Shown here: piece by piece, positions 17,313 to 28,100 of the stretch | Position numbering within the stretch: position 1 is the stretch's first letter | Layout: every line of letters begins with the position of its first letter | Assembly: GCA_041663585.1 (NCBI GenBank) | Contig: JBAYMN010000005.1 | Coordinates: forward strand, 1-50,675 | Reading direction: 5' to 3' | Length of the DNA: 50,675 bases | DNA from: Clostridia bacterium | Lineage (GTDB): Bacteria > Bacillota > Clostridia > Christensenellales > UBA1242 | Program-made: the position numbers and the translations under genes | The notes under the pieces: generated by a model | The model's input: the letters and a program-made list of their open reading frames with translations, nothing else | The model's database searches: none | What the model was told of the DNA's origin: nothing

Positions 17313-19619
17313 TTATTTTATTATTCGGCTCTCGTGACATACAAAATAAACAATTTGATATTCTTTTGATACGGTTTTTATTAAATCCATAGCACTGACT
17401 GCTTTTTCATCATCTAAATTAACAAACGGGTCATCTAAAATAATCCAAGGTTTTTCCTTTTTAAATAATGTGTCAATAAGAGCAAGTCTTATACATAATT
17501 CAAATATATTTTTGTAACCACGGCTGTAATAATCTAGTTCTCGTTCTTGCCCAAATTCTGTAAATTTAATTTCTAAATTGGTGTTTAAATGCAAATTGTC
17601 TATCGGTAATTTTGTAATAAGTTTTAAATATTTTTGCACGCTCTGCTTCATTGGCTCTAAGTAGCGTGCGGATAAATCCTCATTTGCCTCCACTAATAAT
17701 TTTGCAGTTTCTTTTATAATGTTTAATTCATTAGATAATCTTTCTTTTTCTTGTATTAACATTTCTTTTTTGCTTTCTAGCAAGTTTATGTTGTCTAATT
17801 CTTCTTCAAGTTTGGAAATTAATACATTTGTTTTTGTACATTCATCACGCAATATACTTATATCATTCTGCATGTTCTTTTCTTGTTTTTGTAGTGTGTT
17901 TATATCAAAATTTATAGGTAAATCATTAAAAATTTTTCCTTTTTTAAACTCAGTAATTTTTTGCTCTTGTGTTAAAAGTTGCTGATTATATTTAAAAGAA
18001 TTTTCAAGTGCAGTTTTTAGTTCGTAATATGAATCTTGATAATTTATCTTATTATTTGTATTGAAATTTGACAAGTATGCAGTTATTTGTTGTTCTGTAT
18101 TAATAATATCTTTTTTTAATTCTGCAATATGATTTTCTTTATTGGCAATTTCAATTTTGGCGGTTTTTAATTCAATTATTATAGATTTCATTTCTGTTAA
18201 CATCTGATAATAATCGCTATTATGTATGCCGTATTTAGAAACAAAATCATTTAATTTGCTTTCTATGTTTTTAATATTTTCTTCATTTAACTTATAGGTA
18301 TTATTTAAACTATTAACTATATCGTTTTTAGAATTAAAGACTGAACTACTTTTTAAAAGTTTTTTAAACTCAAATATTTCTATAAAACAAGTTGTAAATA
18401 AAAGTATAATGCCAATATAACCAACTATATTGTTAATAAAAAATCCAATTATACTAACTGCTAAAAACAAAATCGCTAATTCTGTTAAAAAAATAAGTTT
18501 TTTTGGTTTAGATTTTATCGAATTCGTGCTAATATCACTAATTTGTGATTTTAAACTTTCATTTTGTTGTTTTAAATTAGTTAATTGTTGTGATTTTTGA
18601 ATTAATTCATTTAAAATGTTTTCATCAGGGACATTATGATTAAAAAAATCAATGATATTGTTAACTTTTTGTTCGGGTTTTTTATTATCTTCAAGTACTG
18701 TAAGTTTGGTTTTAAATTCCGCAAGTTGATTTATATTATCATTCAATACGCCTAACTCAGTTTTATCTAAATTCTGGTTGTTTAATATTAATTTTGCTTT
18801 ATCTAATTCAATTTTTATTTTTAAGCATTCCTGTTCTAAATTGTTTAAGACTGTTTTATTTGCTTTTTGCTCTTCTATGATGCCATATTCTCGGATTTGT
18901 TTTTTTATAGAGTTCAAATTGCTCTCGATTTTATCAATCTCACTATTTTTTGTAACCACAGTATTTTTGTAGTAGATTATCGCTTTGACATTGTTTTCCA
19001 ATTCATTAATTTGCTGAGAAATAGAGTTAATTTCAGCGCTTTTTTCGGCAATTTCACCACGTTCGCCCGTTTTAGAAAGTATGGAGCGCTTTTTATCCAA
19101 GATTACGAGTGCTTTTTCTAAATCCTGTGTGTTATCCGCATTATTTATAATACTGTTTAATCGACTAATTGTTCCAACTGGCTTAGTGTCTAGTGATTTT
19201 TGTGATACAAAAGTGCTTCGGCAATACGATGTGCAATCCAGTTCGAATATTTCCTCACCGATACTTTGTGAATAATTTTTGGATTCTTTACCAGTAGACA
19301 GGTCTATTAATTTAAAAGTGTCCTCAATCTCTTTTTTACCGAAAAATCTTTCTATTTTATATTTCTTCCCACTAATTTCAAATTCTAAATTGCCACCATA
19401 ACTTCCGCTTTGCCAAGGCATAAATTTTTTTCGGTCATTTTCATCTAAATCTTGTACTCGGCTTGCGGGCATTCCGTAAAACATTGCTTTAATAAAGTAG
19501 GCTAATGTGGATTTCCCCCAGCCATTTTCTTGTTTAATAACATTAAGATTGCCATTAAAACTGTATGTATAACCTTGTAATTTGCCGAAATTTTCTATGT
19601 AGCATTTTATAAGTTTCAT
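17313..19619 (-). CDS. SbcC/Rad50-like SMC-type ATPase with a two-helix membrane hairpin in its coiled coil (YhaN/SbcE-like)
   Basis: N-terminal Walker A NGWGKSTL. Long coiled coil. Central hydrophobic hairpin LIFLTELAILFLAVSIIGFFINNIVGYIGIILLFTTCFIEIF. C-terminal Walker B/D-loop WIILDDPFVNLD. No CxxC zinc hook. Start set at MKLIKCY behind GAAGGGGGAAG, 2 nt after the SbcD-like stop. Confidence 0.65.
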   Translation of the reverse strand: MKLIKCYIENFGKLQGYTYSFNGNLNVIKQENGWGKSTLAYFIKAMFYGMPASRVQDLDENDRKKFMPWQSGSYGGNLEFEISGKKYKIERFFGKKEIEDTFKLIDLSTGKESKNYSQSIGEEIFELDCTSYCRSTFVSQKSLDTKPVGTISRLNSIINNADNTQDLEKALVILDKKRSILSKTGERGEIAEKSAEINSISQQINELENNVKAIIYYKNTVVTKNSEIDKIESNLNSIKKQIREYGIIEEQKANKTVLNNLEQECLKIKIELDKAKLILNNQNLDKTELGVLNDNINQLAEFKTKLTVLEDNKKPEQKVNNIIDFFNHNVPDENILNELIQKSQQLTNLKQQNESLKSQISDISTNSIKSKPKKLIFLTELAILFLAVSIIGFFINNIVGYIGIILLFTTCFIEIFEFKKLLKSSSVFNSKNDIVNSLNNTYKLNEENIKNIESKLNDFVSKYGIHNSDYYQMLTEMKSIIIELKTAKIEIANKENHIAELKKDIINTEQQITAYLSNFNTNNKINYQDSYYELKTALENSFKYNQQLLTQEQKITEFKKGKIFNDLPINFDINTLQKQEKNMQNDISILRDECTKTNVLISKLEEELDNINLLESKKEMLIQEKERLSNELNIIKETAKLLVEANEDLSARYLEPMKQSVQKYLKLITKLPIDNLHLNTNLEIKFTEFGQERELDYYSRGYKNIFELCIRLALIDTLFKKEKPWIILDDPFVNLDDEKAVSAMDLIKTVSKEYQIVYFVCHESRIIK

Positions 19620-19621
19620 TT

Positions 19622-20695
19622 TTATTCTTCCCCCTTCAAAGCGTTTATTCCGCAAAGAATAATGCTATCTTTTTCCTGTTTGGAGTAATCGGAAGACATA
19701 ACTTTTCTTATAAATTCGCCTTTTAATGAAATATCGTTTTCATAAACTTTTGGATCGATTTCTAGTGTGCTTTCATCTTTTATTTTTGAAAAATAATATT
19801 TATTATTTAGTTTTGTACAGAAAAGGTCAATATTTTTTTCTAATTCAAGTTTATATTTGCCGGTAAGCACTATTCTAATCAAGTCATCTTTTGAAACACT
19901 TTTAATTAATTCGCTAATACTTTTTTCTATATCATACCAGTTGTTTTTGCCGGTAATATCATAATAAAATTCATGCATAATCCTTTTTGCAAAGGGCACA
20001 AATTGATCTTTTATGGAGTCATTCTCAATATTAAGTAAGACGAATCCTTTTTTGCCACATTCATCACTGCCTCTGCCTTCTAAACAGCCCGAGTAGCAAT
20101 AAATGCCACGATCATCAATTCGTCCCTTAGAATAAGTATGTATATGACCTAATGCTAAATAATTTATATATTTGTTTTTTAATTTTGTTATATTGATTAA
20201 ATCGGCGAAATCTTTATTGTCGTACTTGGATATTTGACCATGTAAAATCGCTATGTTTATATTATTTTCATTAAATGCTAACGTGTGGTAAAGTAGTGCG
20301 TTGTTTGTACTGTTTAACTTTGCACCAGCAATAGTTACATTTTCATAATTATGATAATACCATTCTTCACTAAACAGTTTTAGATTATTTGGAATATCGC
20401 CGATTTGTGAAATTAAACTATCTTCATCGTGATTGCCGGATAAGTATAAAAAATCAATATTATTATATTTTTTGATTATATTTAAAATACGATTTTTTGT
20501 TATTGCTGAAACTCTTACGCAGTCAAACATATCGCCGGCAATTATAATAACACAAACATTATTATTAAAAGCATATTCCGCCATGTTTTCAAATGTAAGT
20601 AAAATTTCTTTTTTTCGCTCTTGTGCTTTATTTGCAGTCAGATTAGTTTCCATTTTAGAATCTAAATGCAAATCTGAACAATGAATTATTTTCAT
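19622..20695 (-). CDS. SbcD/Mre11-family calcineurin-like phosphoesterase (YhaO/SbcF-like)
   Basis: Motifs IHCSDLHLD, IAGDMFD, GNHDE and LGHIH. RBS AAGGAG. Confidence 0.7.
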   Translation of the reverse strand: MKIIHCSDLHLDSKMETNLTANKAQERKKEILLTFENMAEYAFNNNVCVIIIAGDMFDCVRVSAITKNRILNIIKKYNNIDFLYLSGNHDEDSLISQIGDIPNNLKLFSEEWYYHNYENVTIAGAKLNSTNNALLYHTLAFNENNINIAILHGQISKYDNKDFADLINITKLKNKYINYLALGHIHTYSKGRIDDRGIYCYSGCLEGRGSDECGKKGFVLLNIENDSIKDQFVPFAKRIMHEFYYDITGKNNWYDIEKSISELIKSVSKDDLIRIVLTGKYKLELEKNIDLFCTKLNNKYYFSKIKDESTLEIDPKVYENDISLKGEFIRKVMSSDYSKQEKDSIILCGINALKGEE

Positions 20696-20822
20696 AAACG
20701 CTCCTTAAACACATTACATTATACCATATACGATTAATTTTAAAAAGCAATTTTTTTATAAAATAGTTGTTCCGCTTTATGCCTTAAAATAAAGGCATTT
20801 AAAAGAATTTGTTAAAAAAGGA

Positions 20823-20851
20823 TTGACATAGGGCTTTCATTATGTTAAGAT
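20823..20851 (+). promoter_or_regulatory. Sigma-A promoter TTGACA-17-TAAGAT for rpmG-secE-nusG
   Basis: TTGACA at 20823-20828 and TAAGAT at 20846-20851. Confidence 0.5.
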
Positions 20852-20897
20852 AACAACGCACTATCGCGGGTAGTGTAATTTTTTGGGAGGTGTTCTC

Positions 20898-21047
20898 GTG
20901 AGAACTAAAATTACTCTTGCTTGTAGTGAATGCAAACAAAGAAATTATGACACCATGAAAAACAAGAAAAACGACGCAGAAAGAATTGAACTTAGTAAAT
21001 ATTGTGCGTTTTGCAAAAAACACACTCTGCATAAAGAAACAAAATAA
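20898..21047 (+). CDS. rpmG: 50S ribosomal protein L33
   Basis: GTG start behind GGGAGG. Translation: [49 protein letters not shown], with CxxC...CxxC. 49 aa, so below the track cut-off. Confidence 0.85.
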   Translation: MRTKITLACSECKQRNYDTMKNKKNDAERIELSKYCAFCKKHTLHKETK

Positions 21048-21067
21048 CACAGGAGGGCAAAATTATT

Positions 21068-21292
21068 ATGGCTAATAACGTTGAATCTAAGCCTAAAAAG
21101 CCCAATAAGATTTTAATCAAAATCAAAGAAATTGGTTCGGAACTAAAAAAAGTATCTTGGCCTAAATTTTCTACGGTTGTAAAGCAAACTGGTGCGGTTA
21201 TTGCTGTAACATTATTTTTTACTATTGCCGTTTTCTTTATTGACTGGGCATTCTCTGCTTTATACAATTTACTATCACAGGTTTTGAATTAA
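21068..21292 (+). CDS. secE: Preprotein translocase subunit SecE
   Basis: Single TM. KKVSWP...IDW motif. Located upstream of nusG. Confidence 0.85.
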   Translation: MANNVESKPKKPNKILIKIKEIGSELKKVSWPKFSTVVKQTGAVIAVTLFFTIAVFFIDWAFSALYNLLSQVLN

Positions 21293-21326
21293 AAAAGGGG
21301 GACGGGCTTAAAAGCCTTCTTTTGAT

Positions 21327-21857
21327 ATGGAAAAAAGAATGGATACAGAAGCAAAATGGTATGTTTTGCACACTTTTACGGGATATGAGAACTTAGCAAA
21401 AGATAATTTGGAGAAAGTTGTAGAAAAAAACAGTCTCCAAGATAGAATTTTTGAAGTTACTATTCCAATGGAAGATGTTATTGAAGAAAAAAACGGAAAA
21501 CGCAAACTTGTACAGCATAAAATGCTACCATGCTATATATTAATTAAAATGATATATGGTGATGACTTATGGCATACTATCACTCGTACACGTGGTGTTA
21601 CTGGCTTTGTTGGGCCAAAAGGTAGACCATTAGAACTTAATGATGACGAAATTAGAAATCTTAAACTTGAACAAATTAAAGTTGATATCGATTTAAGTAT
21701 TGGCGATAAAGTAGAAATCATTGATGGACCACTAAAAGGTTTCATCGGCGATGTTGTAAGGGTAGACCCTGCTCTTCAAAAATGCAAAGTCAATGTTTCT
21801 ATGTTCGAAAGAATTACACCTGTTGACCTTGAATACATGCAAATTAAAAAAATATAA
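21327..21857 (+). CDS. nusG: Transcription termination/antitermination factor NusG
   Basis: NGN domain (WYVLHTFTGYE) plus KOW (GDKVEIIDGPLKGFIGDV). The start could instead be the ATG at 21339. Confidence 0.9.
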   Translation: MEKRMDTEAKWYVLHTFTGYENLAKDNLEKVVEKNSLQDRIFEVTIPMEDVIEEKNGKRKLVQHKMLPCYILIKMIYGDDLWHTITRTRGVTGFVGPKGRPLELNDDEIRNLKLEQIKVDIDLSIGDKVEIIDGPLKGFIGDVVRVDPALQKCKVNVSMFERITPVDLEYMQIKKI

Positions 21858-21974
21858 AAAAATCATATATGCTTTTTATCGGGTTATTCCGTTAAAAATA
21901 TAGTGGGAGAAATGTAAAATTTTATATGCATTTCGCAAAACCACATAATGCCACTAGGCAGGAGGAACATAATT

Positions 21975-22400
21975 ATGGCTAAAAAAATTACCGCAGTAGT
22001 AAAACTGCAATTGCCGGCAGGAAAAGCAACTCCCGCACCACCAGTAGGTTCTACACTTGGGCCCCACGGTATAAACATTCCGGGATTTACTAAGGAATTT
22101 AATGAAAAAACGGCTTCAATGGCTGGACTTATAATCCCCGTTGTTATTACGATTTATCAAGACCGTTCATTTACATTTATTCTAAAATCACCACCAGCAG
22201 TAGTTCTTATTAAAAAAGCTTGCAATATTGAAAGCGGTTCAAAAGTATCCAATAAAGATAAAGTTGGAAAAATTACACGCACTCAACTCGAAGAAATTGC
22301 AAAAACCAAAATGCAAGATTTAAACGCAGCAACACTTGATGCAGCTGTTTCTATGATTGCTGGTACAGCCCGAAGTATGGGTGTTACCGTTATTGATTAA
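21975..22400 (+). CDS. rplK: 50S ribosomal protein L11
   Basis: [25 protein letters not shown]. Start moved to the ATG behind AGGAGG. Confidence 0.9.
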   Translation: MAKKITAVVKLQLPAGKATPAPPVGSTLGPHGINIPGFTKEFNEKTASMAGLIIPVVITIYQDRSFTFILKSPPAVVLIKKACNIESGSKVSNKDKVGKITRTQLEEIAKTKMQDLNAATLDAAVSMIAGTARSMGVTVID

Positions 22401-22439
22401 GTGGGAGAACATAGTTCGTTATAACCACAAGGAGGATTT

Positions 22440-23126
22440 ATGGGAAAGAAATATTTAGAAAGCGTAAAACTTATTGACAGGACAAAATCTTATGAGCCTA
22501 AGGAAGCAATAGAACTTGCTTTAAAGACTGCAAAAGCAAAATTTGATGAATCACTTGAATTACATGCCAGAATGGGTGTAGATTCTAGGTTGGCTGACCA
22601 ACAGGTTCGTGGCGTTGTTGTACTTCCTAACGGGACAGGTAAAACTGTTCGTGTACTAGTTATTGCAAAAGGTGATAAGGCTGATGAAGCAACCAAAGCG
22701 GGTGCAGATATAGTAGGATCAGATGATATTATTGCAAAAATACAAAACCAAAATTGGCTTGACTTTGATGTATGTATTACTACTCCCGATATGATGGGAG
22801 TTGTAGGTCGTATAGCAAAGATTTTAGGACCTAAGGGACTTATGCCCAATCCTAAGAGTGGAACAGTTACTACTGATGTTGCAAAGGCTATTAAAGATGT
22901 TAAGGCTGGTAAAGTTGAATATAGACTTGATAAGACAAACAATTTACATGTAGTATTTGGAAAAGTTTCTTTTGGCTTAGAAAAATTACAAGAGAACTTT
23001 GAAGTTTTAATACAGGCTATTATTAAAGCTAAACCACAAACATCAAAAGGTCAGTATTTAAAGAGTGTTACCATTACCACAACAATGGGACCTGGTATTA
23101 AAGTTGGTTATAAGGCTGCAATATAA
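22440..23126 (+). CDS. rplA: 50S ribosomal protein L1
   Basis: Family match and operon position. Confidence 0.9.
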   Translation: MGKKYLESVKLIDRTKSYEPKEAIELALKTAKAKFDESLELHARMGVDSRLADQQVRGVVVLPNGTGKTVRVLVIAKGDKADEATKAGADIVGSDDIIAKIQNQNWLDFDVCITTPDMMGVVGRIAKILGPKGLMPNPKSGTVTTDVAKAIKDVKAGKVEYRLDKTNNLHVVFGKVSFGLEKLQENFEVLIQAIIKAKPQTSKGQYLKSVTITTTMGPGIKVGYKAAI

Positions 23127-23169
23127 TTAAAAAATTTAAAAACGCCCGTAAGGGTGTTTTTAAATGTAA

Positions 23170-23390
23170 AAAAATAAACAGTAAAAAGTATTGACAATTA
23201 CTATAATTTTAGTTAAACTATACAAGTCAATTAAATAAATTCTGCTGTAGACAGCAAGTTTCATTTTTATAAATGATTTAAAGTGCATTACGCACGCTTG
23301 CCGAGGTAAGTTTGATAGTGGTTTACCGCCTTTAAAGTTATTTCGGCTTTAAGGGTTTATTTTTTGAATAACAATTTTATAAGGAGGTAA
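23170..23390 (+). promoter_or_regulatory. rplJ-rplL promoter and probable L10(L12)4-binding leader
   Basis: Long structured untranslated gap after the rplA terminator-like hairpin. TTGACA at 23192-23197. GC-richer segment gcattacgcacgcttgccgaggtaagtttgatagtggtttaccgcctttaaag. A known Firmicute L10-leader location. Confidence 0.4.
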
Positions 23391-23393
23391 ACA

Positions 23394-23879
23394 ATGTCAG
23401 CTGAATTAGAAAAGAAAAAACAAGTTGTTGAAGAGATTAAGCAAAAAATCAAATCTTCAAAATCAATTGTTTTTGCAGATTATAGCGGTATAAATGTATT
23501 ACAAGATACTGCACTTAGAGTTTCTTGCCGAAAAGCAGGAGTTGATTATAAGGTTTATAAAAACAGACTAATAGCAAAAGCGCTTGAAGAACTTAACATT
23601 AAAGGCTTTGAAAACAAGTTTGAAGGTAACACTTCCGTTGCGTTCGGTTATACTGATGAAGTAGCCGCGCCTAAAACAATTAGCGATACCGCCAAAACTG
23701 TTGAAAAACTAAAAGTTAAATTTGGCTTACTAAATGGTGTATTTGCTGATGAAAAGCAATTAAATGTGTTAGCAACACTTCCATCAAGGGAAACACTTAT
23801 TGCGCAATTACTTGGTGTGTTAACTGCGCCAATTTCACAATTAGCAAGAACATTAGATGCTATTACACAAAAAAATTAA
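23394..23879 (+). CDS. rplJ: 50S ribosomal protein L10
   Basis: Family match. Confidence 0.9.
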   Translation: MSAELEKKKQVVEEIKQKIKSSKSIVFADYSGINVLQDTALRVSCRKAGVDYKVYKNRLIAKALEELNIKGFENKFEGNTSVAFGYTDEVAAPKTISDTAKTVEKLKVKFGLLNGVFADEKQLNVLATLPSRETLIAQLLGVLTAPISQLARTLDAITQKN

Positions 23880-23901
23880 TAAATTAATAAGGAGAAATAA
23901 T

Positions 23902-24273
23902 ATGGATATTAAAAGTATCGTAGCAGAAATCAAAAGTCTTACTTTATTAGAGGTAAGCGAATTAGTAAAAGCACTAGAAACAGAATTTGGAGTTAGTGCA
24001 ACCACTTCGGTTGCAGCCCCAGTAGCAAATGTAGCAGTAGCCACAACTGTCGTTGAGGAAAAAACAGAATTTACTATTGCATTAAAAGAAGTTGGACCAA
24101 ACAAAATTGCCGTTATTAAGGCAGTTAGAGAAATAACTGGTCTGGGACTTTCAGAAGCAAAGGCAGTTGTTGATAGTGCTCCATCAACAGTTAAAGATAA
24201 CGTTCCAACCGCTGATGCAAAATTAATGGTAGAAAAATTAAAAGAAGCAGGTGCAGTTGCAGAAATGAAATAA
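23902..24273 (+). CDS. rplL: 50S ribosomal protein L7/L12
   Basis: MDIKSIVAEIKSLTLLEVSELVKALE...GLGLSEAKAVVD. Start behind AAGGAGA. Confidence 0.9.
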   Translation: MDIKSIVAEIKSLTLLEVSELVKALETEFGVSATTSVAAPVANVAVATTVVEEKTEFTIALKEVGPNKIAVIKAVREITGLGLSEAKAVVDSAPSTVKDNVPTADAKLMVEKLKEAGAVAEMK

Positions 24274-24383
24274 TTATTCCGTTTTTAACGAAAAAGCGAA
24301 ATTAATTATTATCTAAAATTAAAAATTATAAAATTCCGTTTACAAAATGTAGGCGGTTTTTTTGCTTGTCTATATTGCTAATA

Positions 24384-24412
24384 AATTAAATGGTTGACAT
24401 AATGTGTTATTT
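24384..24412 (+). promoter_or_regulatory. Sigma-A promoter TTGACA-17-TAATAT for the orphan 209-aa gene
   Basis: TTGACA at 24384-24389 and TAATAT at 24407-24412. Confidence 0.5.
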
Positions 24413-24458
24413 TTGTTAATATGATTTAAGGGTTAGTCAAAGGGGGAAAAGGATTTAT

Positions 24459-25088
24459 ATGAGAATAACTGATGCGAAATCTAACTATAATGGACTTGCA
24501 TACATAAAAGCACTAAATACTTTTCAAGACTTAATCAGCGAAGGTTTTAATAAAAAAACTAATGTTGTATCAAAAATAAATTCATACTTGAAAAAATATA
24601 AAGTTGAGGATTTAAATACCCTTACAGAAATATTTGAATGCGAATTTAAAGAAATGAAAAAAGCAAACTTAAATATTATTAACAATAATAAAGAAGTGCT
24701 AGCCTCTGGTGGCGGTAAAAATGAACTTAATGATGCTAATGATTTTGTTTCTTATGTGCTTACAAATAAAGATGGTGTACCTATTAAGTGTGATATAAAA
24801 TACGTTGATGACAATTTATTAATATTTATTAAAGGCACAATTAATAGTTATATATATAGTAATAAAAAATATATTGCTGTAAGAATGGAGCCGACAAAAT
24901 TTAATTTAATTATAAATATTGATGAAAAACATAGTTTAAATATTGACAGCGACTACAATGAAATAAAAATAACAGAAGTAGAAGGTAACAAATTAACCTG
25001 TGAAGAATACTATGTAATAACCCAAAACGGACAAGATGCATACCGACATCAAAAAAACAGCAAAGAAAACATAATTGAAATTGAATAA
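24459..25088 (+). CDS. Hypothetical cytoplasmic protein (209 aa, Asn/Lys-rich, no recognisable motif)
   Basis: RBS AAAGGGGGAAAAGG. Has its own promoter and hairpin. Sits where rpoB would normally follow rplL. Confidence 0.5.
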   Translation: MRITDAKSNYNGLAYIKALNTFQDLISEGFNKKTNVVSKINSYLKKYKVEDLNTLTEIFECEFKEMKKANLNIINNNKEVLASGGGKNELNDANDFVSYVLTNKDGVPIKCDIKYVDDNLLIFIKGTINSYIYSNKKYIAVRMEPTKFNLIINIDEKHSLNIDSDYNEIKITEVEGNKLTCEEYYVITQNGQDAYRHQKNSKENIIEIE

Positions 25089-25115
25089 TAAATATTACTA
25101 ATCAATTTTAAATTA

Positions 25116-25160
25116 TACCATTAAAAAACAAACAATTATTTTGTTTGTTTTTTAATGGTA
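25116..25160 (+). terminator. 18-bp perfect AT-rich hairpin, taccattaaaaaacaaac-(9 nt)-gtttgttttttaatggta
   Basis: Read directly. Directly upstream of the addB RBS. Confidence 0.5.
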
Positions 25161-25189
25161 TAAATGATATTATATATTAGGAGAAAATC

Positions 25190-28100
25190 ATGCCAATAAA
25201 TATAATATTGTCTGATAATTTGCGGGCGTGTACCAACAAATTAATACAAAATTTATGTAGTGATGAATTAGTAAATAATGAACATCATATTTTGGTCGTT
25301 CCTGACCGTTTTACGCTTGTTGCCGAAAAAAAAGTAATGTCAACGCTCTGTAAAACAGCGGTTTTTAATATAGAGGTGCTAACGGTTTCTAGGCTATGCA
25401 ATGCCGTTTTAAATGATAGTACGCAAAAATATCTAACAGATAGCGGTGCTTTAATGCTAGTGCGTAAAATAATTTTATCGCATGTTAGTGAATTAAAATG
25501 TTTTAAAAAAGCAGTTCACAATGTTGGATTTGCCCAGTCGTTATTTGAAAATATGGTTGCATTAATGCGCAGTGATATTTCCGCATTAGATTTATTAAAT
25601 GTAATTAATAATACAAGTGACACGGCATTAAAATTAAAACTTGAAGATATTTATTTAATATATGCGGATTACGAAAAAGAATTAGAACAAAAATATTCCG
25701 ACCATTCAGCAAAATTTAACGCTTTTATAAACGCGGTATCTAATAGCACAATCATTAATCAATCCCACATTTATATGGCGGAATTTGACAGTTTTGCGCC
25801 ACAAGATTATAGACTTATAGAAAACCTTATGAAATATGCTAAAAGTTTTAGCATTACTTGCTTTGATGAACAAAAAAACAACAAAGATACAATTAATAGC
25901 AATGTTTTTAATAATATTTACAGGCTTGCAAACAAATTGGAGCAGTCCGTAGGCATACAAAAATTTAATTCGTTATTAAATACTCCTTTTAAACATTTAT
26001 CTAATAATTTGTACGCTTATCCGTTTAAAAAGTTTGATCTTGTTTATGGAGCCATTAACATTTATGAAGCAAATGATATTTTAGATGAAGTTACATACAT
26101 GGCGCGGAACATTCGTGATTTTATTGTTAACCAAGGCATTCGTTATAAAGATGTCGCTATATTAACTGGTGCGTTTAACAAATATGATAAAATTATAAAA
26201 GAAGTATTTAAAAAATTTGATATTCCATATTTTTTAGACAATCAAGAAAATTTAGCAAACCACGAACTCTCACGCTTTTTACTTAGTGTTTTAGACATTA
26301 TTAAAAACGATTTAAAGTACTCTGATGTTATGACATTTGTAAAAAATTATTTTTTTGGGCTAACAACCGAAGAACAAGATTATTTTGAAAATTATTGTTT
26401 GGAATACGGTATTGACCACAATAAATTTTTTGATTTATTTAAATTAGGTGTAAAAAATTCAGGTTTTAATATTGCCGAAAATGTGCGTAAAAGATTTATA
26501 AATTGTATAAAACCTTTATATGTTCAATTTAAAACAGAATTCAATGCGATGGATTTTGTAACTGTTTTAAATCAGTTTATGACAGATTGCAATGTGCCAG
26601 ATAAAATAAACGCTTTATGTAATATTTATAACACTTCACATAACATTACGGAGCAAAAAACCACCGAGCAAGTGCTACAAAAATTGCAGATTATTTTTAC
26701 TGAACTTGCCGAAATTTTAGGCACTACTACAATATCACTTGATGAGGTTTATGCAATATTTAATATGGGGCTTAATTCATCAAAAATATCATTAATTCCA
26801 GTCGCTATTGACTCGGTTTTTGTTGGCGATATTTCAATAAGTATGCCAGAAGAATGTGCTTATATTTTTGTTGCGGGGTGTAATTTAAATCAGGTGCCGT
26901 TACTTAAAGAGGATTGTGGCATAATAAATGACAATGAATTACAACATATTACTAAACTTGAACCAAGTGTAAAATATGTAAATTCACGACAGCGCTTTAA
27001 AATTCATCAAATTTTGTGTTTGCCACAAAAAAAATTGTTTGTATCGTACTCTAATTTATTGGAAAATGGAGAAAAAGCAAAACCATCATTACTTATTAAA
27101 GGCATTAAAAAATTATTTACTTATAAAGGCAAAGATTTACCAATTTCAAATTACGATAAAGAAATTATGCACAGTATTGATATTGATGAAAATTCAGAGG
27201 CAAAGCAGTATGCCACATATTTTAGTAGCAAAAATGTAGCACTTGATGAATTATCAAGAGCAATGCGTGCGTATAAAAATTTTCAAGATTATCCAAGTTT
27301 AAAAGCGTACACTGCGCTTTATTATTTGTTAGCGCAGAAACCGAATTCTTTAAAACAAATAGAACACAATTTGAATTATCAAAATCAAACAACAAATATT
27401 GAAAAAGCACGAGATCTTTTATTTAAGAAGCAGTATACAAAAGTTAGTCAAATAGAAACATTTTTTGAATGTCCCTTTAAACATTTTATGGATTATGGAT
27501 TAAAACTTAAAAAACGTATGATTAGTGGGATTAATGCTGTTGATGCGGGCAACTTACTACACAAAACAGCCGAAATATTTGTTAGTACAACTAAGGGTGA
27601 ATATATTGACAATATAAAATGCAAAACTTTAAGTCAAAATATAATAAATGCTATTTTATCACGTGAAGAATATATAACATTAATTAATGACGATAAAAAC
27701 CGTGGTATTATTACAAGTTTAAAGGAAGAAGCAGTCAGACTTTGCTCCGCAATAAATTATCAAAATGCTAATTCGGCATTTAAAGTAATCGCAACCGAAA
27801 AAAAGTTTACCACAAATGCATTAACAAGTGGCAATTTACAAATCAAACTCGTAGGAGTAATTGATAGGGTGGATAAATACAATGATTATGTCAGGGTAAT
27901 TGATTACAAAACTGGTAAGTGCGATATTAAATATAGCGAAATTTATTACGGTCTAAAACTACAATTACTTGTTTATTTGTATGTACTTATCAAAGAGTTT
28001 GGCTACAAACCGGCGGGGGCTTATTATTTGCCTATACATAACGAATTTAATGATTATAAATCAACAAGCCCTTATGAAATTTACAAATTGATGGGAATTT

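Noticed and set aside
17719-19275. Four plus-strand ORFs (64-88 aa) inside the SbcC-like gene
   Set aside because: Antisense to a long verified CDS. Phe/Ser/Leu-rich composition typical of the reverse strand of AT-rich coiled-coil coding DNA.
17313-20695. Possibility that the SMC-like ATPase plus phosphoesterase pair is a Lamassu- or Wadjet-type phage-defence system
   Set aside because: The architecture (Mre11-motif nuclease immediately upstream of a Rad50-like ATPase, with core-genome flanks of an ABC transporter and rpmG-secE-nusG) fits housekeeping SbcEF/YhaON better. No extra partner genes are present.
20799-21267. Minus-strand ORFs overlapping rpmG and secE
   Set aside because: Antisense to conserved ribosomal and Sec genes. 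No RBS.
23857-23901. N-terminally extended track ORF for rplL (MLLHKKINKLIRRNN...)
   Set aside because: This stretch overlaps the rplJ 3' end in another frame. Trimmed to the ATG behind AAGGAGA at 23902. A similar extended start for ndk (45407) was trimmed in the same way.
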